Of a stretch of 64,000 bases of DNA, positions 57,586 through 64,000 are shown one piece after another. The stretch comes from a virus. Within the stretch, counting starts at the first letter, position 1. The number at the start of each line of letters is the position of its first letter. A program made the position numbers and the translations under genes. The stretch lies in IMG/VR virus record IMGVR_UViG_3300034071_000380, positions 1-64,000 of that record; one strand, 5' to 3'. The notes beneath the pieces were generated by a model that was given only the letters and a program-made list of their open reading frames with translations, made no database searches and was not told the origin of the DNA.

Positions 57586-57932
57586 TATATTGTCACCGAC
57601 CTTGATAACGTCATAAATCCTTCAAGTATTTTAACCTTATTGGTATTGGAATCAGTAAGCATAATGTCGTATGAGGATTTTGGAAAAAACAATTTATTTG
57701 TTTGGGTAGGTGTCATTCTAATTGTGAGCTGGCCGTTGGTAGGATCAATCGTTATTCCGCCACTTGGTGAAGTTAATGTAAAAGCTAACTTGCTTCCACC
57801 TTTTGCATCACGAACCTGCATTTTAGCAGAGGCTCCAGTAAGATCTATGGCTTCGCCTTCTGGATCTTTGTATTCAACGATAAATGAGAAAGTAGCATTT
57901 TGATCTACTTCCCAATTTTTTTGTCCTGCCAT
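57585..57932 (-). CDS. fibre-anchoring beta-sandwich protein (LtfC/p132-like)
   Basis: VDQNATF...IDLTGASAKMQVR...YDI...ILEG pattern; first gene of the fibre array. Confidence 0.65.
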   Translation of the reverse strand: MAGQKNWEVDQNATFSFIVEYKDPEGEAIDLTGASAKMQVRDAKGGSKLAFTLTSPSGGITIDPTNGQLTIRMTPTQTNKLFFPKSSYDIMLTDSNTNKVKILEGFMTLSRSVTI

Positions 57933-57957
57933 TTACTAGTACTCCTAAATAGGAAAA

Positions 57958-57983
57958 CTCCTATGCTTATTTTAGCATAGGAG
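57958..57983 (-). terminator. hairpin terminator overlapping an extended -10 element
   Basis: CTCCTATGCT-N6-AGCATAGGAG perfect stem followed by TTTT; contains TGCTAAAAT. Confidence 0.65.
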
Positions 57984-58002
57984 CAATCCTAATCGTGTTT
58001 AA

Positions 58003-58230
58003 TTACTTTGTTGACTTAAAGCCAAATTCTTTGTTACTTGGGCTAAGAGCCTTTAAAATTACTGGAGCAACGGCGGCAACGCCACCCATTAGCAAATCTC
58101 TTGGATTTGTATTTCCAGTCATGTACAAAGCAATTGCTGCTGAAAGAAATGCTCGTGCATATGTTCCTAGCGCTGCTAAAATTTCCTCTGTCATTGTAAC
58201 CTTTCCGTCCTTATTTAGATCTCTGTTCAT
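58003..58230 (-). CDS. holin-like membrane protein with N-terminal EF-hand-like loop
   Basis: Two hydrophobic segments, basic C-terminus; DLNKDGKVTMTE. Confidence 0.6.
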   Translation of the reverse strand: MNRDLNKDGKVTMTEEILAALGTYARAFLSAAIALYMTGNTNPRDLLMGGVAAVAPVILKALSPSNKEFGFKSTK

Positions 58231-58302
58231 TTGATCATCTCCAATTTTGGGCGTTGTGCCCAGAATTTTGAGGGCATCTCCCCCAATACTATTATTCTAC
58301 CA

Positions 58303-60237
58303 TTAAGCTGAAATATCTACAATCTCACAATTTCCATCAGAGGTGCAAGCTAGGGTCTGTGTTCCACTAGTTCCATCCTCTGTCTCATAGAAAGACAAAT
58401 CTTCCCAACGAATGCTTTTGGGCATTTTGCCAAGCAGGTCTAGGTACTCTTCTTTTGTAACTTCCTGGTATGGAGCCTGCTTATAACTGTGATCTGAATG
58501 AGGCAGGAATGAAATACCTGATACTTCATCAAAATGCTTATATACCCAAGCACCTACTTCCATCCACTCATCTTCTTTTACTGAAACAGTAATAGATGGC
58601 TTATGTTCACACCATGCACGCTGATATACAAGCCAAATATTTAAATGTTCGATAGCTGTTAAATCATTTCTAACAATTGCACCTTCTGGTGCTTTTACTG
58701 GAAATGAAAATACGTATGTATCGTTTGGCTTCATTACATCATCTTCTACTGGAATTCCGACTTCCTTTAAAAATGTAGAAATGGGATCTCCCTTTGAACC
58801 ACGGACTGTTCTAATATAATATGGAGAATGCCAAGCATGCATACCAGAGGAAACTCCTACTAACTGAGACACTGTTCCAGATGGTTTTACGCATGTAATA
58901 GCTGCAGATTCTTGAATGCCAATCTTGTCTGCTTCATCTTTGTTTTTTTGTCTTGCTGTTTCTCTGAGTGTCATTAGAAATGCTTCTAGTGAAACTAAGT
59001 CATCTTTTCCTGACATAAATTTATGCCCAAATTGTCCAGTTAAAGACACGCCAAGTAGTCGTTCTTCCTCTGTGTTATCTTTCCAAATTTTACGAAGATA
59101 CTTAAAGTCTGTAAGAGTTGATTGCCATGTTCCAAGAATAGTGGCTAATTCTACTTTACGTTGAATATCTTTCTTTGTATCGTTTTCACGTAATACGACT
59201 TCTGAAAGATTACAAAACTGATAAGGACGGAGAATAATTTCCGAACATGGGTTTGTTCCATAGTGTATGTCTGCATCTCTTCTTCCAAATTTTGCAGCTT
59301 GTGCTTGTGCAGCTGCAACGTTGTAAATACCACGCTCTCCTGATTTTGAATCATATAGCGACTTCCATTCTGCAATAAATTGCTCCATATCTGGCTTACG
59401 AGAATAAGCAACAGAGTTGTTTGAAAGAGCACGTTGAGAATTATTCTCCCACCAGTTTCCTGACTTTGCTTGTGCCATTTCGATATCATTAATATTTGAA
59501 AGAGAAATCATAGCTGATCTACGAACTCCGCCAACAACAACAATCTCGCCGATCTTGCACATAATGTCATGTGCCTCAATTGGCTTAAGTTGGCGTCCTG
59601 ATGCTGACTTAAACTTTGCAATTGTAAAATCAAAAAGATTGATTAGAGGTTGTGGTCCAGATGAGCGTCCACCCATTGTCTTAAGACGAGCACCAGCTGG
59701 ACGAAGTTTGCTTACATCAACTGCTGGAATCTGTCCTGACCAAAGTAAAGCAAGTAACTCACGATATGCTTTTGCCCAACCTTGCTTTGAGTCTTCAACT
59801 GTAATTACTGTAGATGACTTTTCAAATGATTCTGGGACGGCAGGAAGTTTATTAACGTACTTGTATTCAACAGAAAATCCAACACCTGTTCCACACATAA
59901 GAATATACATAGTCTCATCAAATGATCTTGGTGAGTCAACTGGGACAAATGAGCAGTTGTAGCCTGCTACATGATCTCTATCTAATGCTGCACCAGCAGT
60001 CATTACAGATCTCATTGACGGCATTACGTTTCTGTTAAAAACTGCATCTTTAACTTCTTCTACAATTTTTTTATCTGGAACATAGTTGTGCTCTTTTAAA
60101 AGGTGGCCCATCATAAAATCAAAATATCGATCTACTGTTTCTCCCCATGTTTCTCTACGATTTTCTTCAGGCATCCATCTTGCATAGCGAGATAATGCAA
60201 TAAAGTTTTCATATGGGTTTTCGATAGTTCTTGACAT
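58303..60237 (-). CDS. nrdJ: class II (adenosylcobalamin-dependent) ribonucleotide reductase
   Basis: NCSF, GTGVGFSV, GGVRRSAMI, TNPCSEI, FCNLSEV, CVKPSGTVS, C-terminal Cys pair; no beta-subunit gene nearby. Confidence 0.92.
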   Translation of the reverse strand: MSRTIENPYENFIALSRYARWMPEENRRETWGETVDRYFDFMMGHLLKEHNYVPDKKIVEEVKDAVFNRNVMPSMRSVMTAGAALDRDHVAGYNCSFVPVDSPRSFDETMYILMCGTGVGFSVEYKYVNKLPAVPESFEKSSTVITVEDSKQGWAKAYRELLALLWSGQIPAVDVSKLRPAGARLKTMGGRSSGPQPLINLFDFTIAKFKSASGRQLKPIEAHDIMCKIGEIVVVGGVRRSAMISLSNINDIEMAQAKSGNWWENNSQRALSNNSVAYSRKPDMEQFIAEWKSLYDSKSGERGIYNVAAAQAQAAKFGRRDADIHYGTNPCSEIILRPYQFCNLSEVVLRENDTKKDIQRKVELATILGTWQSTLTDFKYLRKIWKDNTEEERLLGVSLTGQFGHKFMSGKDDLVSLEAFLMTLRETARQKNKDEADKIGIQESAAITCVKPSGTVSQLVGVSSGMHAWHSPYYIRTVRGSKGDPISTFLKEVGIPVEDDVMKPNDTYVFSFPVKAPEGAIVRNDLTAIEHLNIWLVYQRAWCEHKPSITVSVKEDEWMEVGAWVYKHFDEVSGISFLPHSDHSYKQAPYQEVTKEEYLDLLGKMPKSIRWEDLSFYETEDGTSGTQTLACTSDGNCEIVDISA

Positions 60238-60327
60238 TTTTTGGTTACACCTTTTCTTCCGCCTTACGGATTGATTAAATTTGAATGAGGTCTAAGTGTA
60301 TCAAACTTTATTTTAGTGGGGAAGGGG

Positions 60328-61314
60328 TTAAGAAAATTTTTTAAAGATATGATCAAAAGCCTTATTAGTCAACTGATCCCAATTATATTCTTCATGAATC
60401 TTGGTTGACTGAGCATAATAATAACCAGAGTATGCTTTAAAGTTTAAAGATACATCTCTCATAAGTTGAGCTAGATGTCTTTGGTTTGGCTCAAAAACTT
60501 TTCCATCATGAAATGGCCATGGTGAATCAACAAGATCTGATTTTAATTTGAGGGGACCGATATAGTTATCATAATGAGCCCAATCATAAGTTGAAATAAC
60601 TGGCATACCTGTAGCAAGTGCTTGTAGTGGAATAAATCCAAAACCTTCTCCATAAGTTGGATAAATTAAAACATCATGTTCGTGATACAGATTAACCAAT
60701 TGCTCTTCGCTATATTTTTCTGTAATTATATTAATATTATTATATATAGCATCTGGTAAACCAACTATATTCTTATCTATAAAGTTATTATAAATTCTAG
60801 TAGTATTATGTTCATATGCTTTTATAGTTAAAGAATACTTATGATTGTTTCCATAAAGAGATGTAAATGTATCAACTACCATTTGTCCTGCTTTTCTTGG
60901 AGCAGGCTCTCCAATATGCAAAAACTTTATTACGCCATCATCTTTTCTTTTTCTAGGAGACCATATAGGATCAATTCCATGCGGATAAACTTTTACATTT
61001 GTTATTCCATTTTTTTCAAAAACTTCTTTACACCAATTAGATGTTGTCCACACCTCATCACATTCCGCCATAACTGGTTGCCACTGTTTTGGAATTTCTG
61101 TTGATTCCCATGGAGTATAACTAATTTGATATTGATTTTTATTAAGTTGAAAATAAACTGGTTGAGAAAAATTTAATTGTACAGGAGCATTGGGATTATT
61201 AATTTCTACATTATGTCCTAATCTTCTTAAGGATTCCATGATTTTAAAACTTGCATGACCATAGCCATTAAGTATTTTAAGATTAGGTGACGGGGTTGAG
61301 AAAGATATATTCAC
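60328..61314 (-). CDS. GT-B glycosyltransferase (GT4-like)
   Basis: NGYGHA, PWEST, RKAG, GEGFGFIPLQALATGMP; probable GTG start at 61314. Confidence 0.85.
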   Translation of the reverse strand: MNISFSTPSPNLKILNGYGHASFKIMESLRRLGHNVEINNPNAPVQLNFSQPVYFQLNKNQYQISYTPWESTEIPKQWQPVMAECDEVWTTSNWCKEVFEKNGITNVKVYPHGIDPIWSPRKRKDDGVIKFLHIGEPAPRKAGQMVVDTFTSLYGNNHKYSLTIKAYEHNTTRIYNNFIDKNIVGLPDAIYNNINIITEKYSEEQLVNLYHEHDVLIYPTYGEGFGFIPLQALATGMPVISTYDWAHYDNYIGPLKLKSDLVDSPWPFHDGKVFEPNQRHLAQLMRDVSLNFKAYSGYYYAQSTKIHEEYNWDQLTNKAFDHIFKKFS

Positions 61315-61335
61315 AATAATTCCTAGTTGACTGAC

Positions 61336-61365
61336 TTGACAGTAACTTACTGACAATGTTAAGAT
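61336..61365 (+). promoter_or_regulatory. promoter at the strand switch
   Basis: TTGACA-N18-TAAGAT with TG extension upstream of an AGGAGG RBS; an oppositely oriented TATAAT overlaps at 61364-61369. Confidence 0.55.
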
Positions 61366-61392
61366 TATAGTTCGTTATCTCTAAAGGAGGAA

Positions 61393-61953
61393 ATGCCAAT
61401 GGAGAATATAAAACAAAAGCTGAGCGATTTTGCTCACAGTACGACTGTAATAGTAATGATAACATTGTTTCTATTTACAAACAATACCGTGATCCCCGCT
61501 CAAGCTTTGAAAATAGAAATACCAAAGACAGAAGTACAACTTAAGCAAGAAACCTTAGAGAAGTACAGCAATACTGTTTACAAGCCTTCGGAAATGCTTT
61601 CAGACATTGAATTGAAAGAACTACTGGCAGCAGTAGGTTTTGAAGGAAAAGCCCTTAGAACGGCTTGGGCCATTGCAAAGACGGAGTCCAACGGACGCCC
61701 CCTAGCATATAATGGCAACAGGAATACTGGAGACAGTTCCTATGGAATTTTTCAGATCAACATGTTGGGAAACCTTGGTGTTGCTCGTAAAGAAAAATTT
61801 GACCTGAGATCAAATGTACTATTATTTGATCCAGTAATAAACGCAGAGATAACGTACTATATGACCAAGGGCGGTATAAATTGGTCAGCTTGGAAGGGTT
61901 TAACCCCAAGAGCAAAGGAATTTTATTCGAAATTCCCAACTACTCAGAAGTAG
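61393..61953 (+). CDS. secreted lysozyme-like/lytic transglycosylase
   Basis: AWAIAKTESNG...SYGIFQIN...WSAW; signal-peptide-like N-terminus ending AQA; start may be 61399. Confidence 0.85.
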   Translation: MPMENIKQKLSDFAHSTTVIVMITLFLFTNNTVIPAQALKIEIPKTEVQLKQETLEKYSNTVYKPSEMLSDIELKELLAAVGFEGKALRTAWAIAKTESNGRPLAYNGNRNTGDSSYGIFQINMLGNLGVARKEKFDLRSNVLLFDPVINAEITYYMTKGGINWSAWKGLTPRAKEFYSKFPTTQK

Positions 61954-61959
61954 GAGAAA

Positions 61960-62184
61960 ATGCGTAAGATACAGTATGTATCTAAATACATAGCACTTTC
62001 TGAAGAAGGCCTTGTACCTAGATTGGCATGTCCACTAGATCAAGGCTTTCTTCTTCCTAATCAAAACGATCAGGATGAAGTATACTTATATTGCCTTTCC
62101 TGTCAATACAAAAAATTTATAGGATTTGGTTTTTACGATGAAATTATTAAAGCGGTAAAGAAAGCTGATAAAAATGTCATGTGA
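61960..62184 (+). CDS. small zinc-ribbon-like protein
   Basis: CPLD...CLSC; AGGAG RBS. Confidence 0.65.
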   Translation: MRKIQYVSKYIALSEEGLVPRLACPLDQGFLLPNQNDQDEVYLYCLSCQYKKFIGFGFYDEIIKAVKKADKNVM

Positions 62185-62281
62185 AAAAGATTGTCAGTGT
62201 AATAGCACCCCAATTATTCCTATTGATAATATGGGGCGGGAAAAATTTTGGGAAGACCTAGGTAGACCAGATGGAAAATGA
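62174..62281 (+). CDS. 35-aa hypothetical peptide (MSCEKDCQCN...MGREKFWEDLGRPDGK)
   Basis: Read manually; overlaps both neighbours and fills the gap exactly. Confidence 0.5.
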   Translation: MSCEKDCQCNSTPIIPIDNMGREKFWEDLGRPDGK

Positions 62282-62483
62282 ACAAAGATCCTCAGATTTA
62301 GAAGACAACCTACCAATGGTCAACTATATTATGCTTCATCGCATATATGACCTACTAACAATTATTGCAAACAAACTAGTTGGACCAGAGGATACATCTA
62401 AGATGGTTTCATATCATGAGGAAGGGTACCTTCTTGGACCTGCCCCATCATACTCTGCTCCAGATGAAGAAACTTTATTCTAA
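62271..62483 (+). CDS. hypothetical protein
   Basis: Clean ORF in plus-strand operon. Confidence 0.65.
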   Translation: MENEQRSSDLEDNLPMVNYIMLHRIYDLLTIIANKLVGPEDTSKMVSYHEEGYLLGPAPSYSAPDEETLF

Positions 62484-62489
62484 AAACAG

Positions 62490-62518
62490 TTGACTTAGAA
62501 TAAAAGCTATTTTACAAT
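62490..62518 (+). promoter_or_regulatory. sigma70-type promoter
   Basis: TTGACT-N17-TACAAT. Confidence 0.7.
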
Positions 62519-62523
62519 TGAAT

Positions 62524-62618
62524 TGTGCGTAGTTGTAGCATCCCACATGTTCCTACGTACATATATCGCAAGATATGAGAACCCAATCGGATCCGCCTCT
62601 GGTTGGGTTTCTTGCTTT
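62524..62618 (+). ncRNA. candidate ~95-nt three-hairpin small RNA
   Basis: Begins 5 nt after the -10 box; 9-bp stem, GCAA-tetraloop stem, 12-bp terminator-like stem; no RBS. Confidence 0.5.
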
Positions 62619-62820
62619 ATATACATAAAATATAGGACAATACGGTCATATAGTGCAATTAGTGCGAAAAAAGTGCTTCGGCGAGAGAAGAACCCATTTT
62701 TATCTTTACAACATTTGCTAGAATATGGCATAAAAATGCCCTGAGAGGGTTTTAAAGCCCTAACAAGGTTATTTGGTGGTATCCACCTATCCTACCCTTA
62801 AAAGGGCGGGAGATAAAAAG

Positions 62821-63012
62821 TTATCCCTTTTCACCATTATATAAAGCAACATAATTAACAAGATTAACTGTTCTATTTGTACCATAGCCACCAGATTTTT
62901 CTAATTGGTCCAAAGCTGTTGGTTTATCCTTAGCAAGGGATTGTACTAACATTTCGACTTTATATGTGTAACAAGAGGAATTTTCTGTTGTTCCCACTTT
63001 TTTTGTAGCCAT
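62821..63012 (-). CDS. hypothetical protein
   Basis: 63-aa ORF with AGGGAAG RBS-like sequence. Confidence 0.5.
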   Translation of the reverse strand: MATKKVGTTENSSCYTYKVEMLVQSLAKDKPTALDQLEKSGGYGTNRTVNLVNYVALYNGEKG

Positions 63013-63360
63013 TGTATTACTTCCCTATTATTCTAGTTGACTAGGATTTTAGTCTTATATAATGTTAATATAATATTATTTTTAATGTTTCATCTGGAAA
63101 TTAGATTTTTAGCAAACCCCCCCTACCCCCCTTTTTTTAACTTAAAGGAAAGTAGAGAAAGTTCACAAAGATCATATGCAATACATCTGGCATATTGAGT
63201 TCTTAGTGTAACCCCCGAAACCTTTCCAATTGTAACATGGGACATTTTTGTAGGTCAAGCTTTTTTAGATTTTACAAAATGTTAATAGGATTTTATCTTG
63301 TATGATACATACATTAGAAATGTCCGTTTTGTCTGTATAGTGCTCCCATAAATGGCTATT

Positions 63361-63376
63361 TGTGACCCTTATCACA
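63361..63376. promoter_or_regulatory. CRP/GlxR-like binding site
   Basis: Exact TGTGA-N6-TCACA. Confidence 0.5.
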
Positions 63377-63420
63377 TACCTTTTTTTAGAAATGTCCTTA
63401 ATGTCCGAATTTGGACTTGC

Positions 63421-63446
63421 AATTTGTCAGTGCCTTAGTATAGTCT
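63421..63446 (+). promoter_or_regulatory. early-type promoter motif, copy 1
   Basis: AATTTGTCA-N11-TAGTCT upstream of an AAAGGAG RBS. Confidence 0.5.
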
Positions 63447-63493
63447 TAATACATAAGGTTAAGAAAGGTTCTTAACAGAAAGGAGTTAGATAA

Positions 63494-63676
63494 ATGACTA
63501 ACTCAATTTTTGCGAAAGTTGCTAAATCAAGCGACTTTCCTGCAGGTTTAATGAATACCTGCCAATGCGGACAGGTTGTTTTAGCCCCCGCTACAATTCA
63601 CGACATTTGCCTACCAAATGGCACTTGCCTACATACCGCTTGCGGTAGAGACATTTGGGGAAACCCAATCGCCTAA
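63494..63676 (+). CDS. small Cys/His-rich hypothetical protein
   Basis: Strong RBS; CQCG...H...C...HTACG. Confidence 0.65.
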   Translation: MTNSIFAKVAKSSDFPAGLMNTCQCGQVVLAPATIHDICLPNGTCLHTACGRDIWGNPIA

Positions 63677-63690
63677 CGGCGTGTCTCCCC

Positions 63691-63716
63691 AATTTGTCAC
63701 CGCTATCCGCTACAAT
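63691..63716 (+). promoter_or_regulatory. early-type promoter motif, copy 2
   Basis: AATTTGTCA-N11-TACAAT upstream of a GAAAGG RBS. Confidence 0.5.
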
Positions 63717-63750
63717 TCCTACTATAACTACTAACGAAAGGTCATAACAA

Positions 63751-63894
63751 ATGACACTAGATGAATACAGAGAATACCAGCAAGCCCAGTACGCTAAACA
63801 GCGTGAGGCTAATAAGGCTAAGATAAATGCTATGTTCTCTACTACTAACCGCCCTCTAACTAATGACTACCTACTAGCGAAAGAAGAAAACTAA
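63751..63894 (+). CDS. 47-aa hypothetical protein (MTLDEYREYQQAQYAKQREANKAK...)
   Basis: Read manually; GAAAGG RBS. Confidence 0.6.
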   Translation: MTLDEYREYQQAQYAKQREANKAKINAMFSTTNRPLTNDYLLAKEEN

Positions 63895-64000
63895 TGACTA
63901 TCACTTACTCAATTTGGCAAGGCTCTAAACTAATCTCTGTGAACAATGTTGCACATGAGGTCAAGGCTATTGACCACCTAATCAATTCACTAAACGATAG
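63894..64000 (+). CDS. hypothetical protein, truncated by window edge (MTITYSIWQGSKLISV...)
   Basis: TAATG-coupled start; frame open to the end of the window. Confidence 0.55.
   Translation, partial: MTITYSIWQGSKLISVNNVAHEVKAIDHLINSLND

Noticed and set aside
3380-59962. Numerous plus-strand and alternate-frame ORFs in the track (e.g. 20875..21588, 28568..29158, 45792..46202, 34937..35356)
   Set aside because: They are shadows of long minus-strand genes with biased or repetitive codons; no RBS or recognisable motifs.
58303-60237. Intein or intron in the ribonucleotide reductase
   Set aside because: Continuous 644-aa ORF with no splice-junction or homing-endonuclease motifs.
62507-62744. Overlapping 73/74-aa ORFs on both strands
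   Set aside because: No RBS or motifs, and they run through a terminator-like hairpin; a structured RNA explains the region better.
63117-63131. Intramolecular G-quadruplex on the minus strand
   Set aside because: Only two G runs; kept only as part of the possible terminus/origin observation.
1-64000. tRNA/rRNA genes, integrase, transposase, alternative genetic code
   Set aside because: No cloverleaf or recombinase motifs found by eye, and genes are intact and densely packed under the standard code. A tRNAscan run would be needed to exclude tRNAs fully.

Overview
A 64-kb segment of a large, AT-rich tailed dsDNA phage with a siphovirus-type gene set. An actinobacterial host is inferred from leaderless-type promoters, a CRP/GlxR-like box and the gene content. 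Almost everything from 1 to 61.3 kb is on the minus strand. In transcription order: a glycosyltransferase, a class II ribonucleotide reductase, a holin-like gene, a ~24-kb array of collagen-like, Gly-rich and FN3 fibre/decoration genes interleaved with modifying enzymes, then portal, prohead protease/scaffold, major capsid, neck, major tail, a -1 frameshifted tail chaperone, a 3718-aa tape measure protein, tail tip genes and a few DNA-binding/phosphoesterase genes. The right end switches to the plus strand and carries a secreted lysozyme-like gene, a candidate sRNA, a repeat-rich non-coding region and the first small early-type genes. Two candidate systems stand out. (1) The tape measure looks like a modular cargo polyprotein: about 15 'xxGGx[VI]' junction motifs bracket an R-S-E ADP-ribosyltransferase, a CHAP+LysM module and several unknown modules. 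(2) A possible sulfation/glycosylation pathway sits in the fibre array: an APS-kinase/nucleotidyltransferase fusion resembling a minimal PAPS synthase, two sulfotransferases coupled to repeated fibre cassettes, and a GT25/methyltransferase/TPR/glycosidase operon next to a collagen gene. All family calls are from manual motif recognition; no searches were run.
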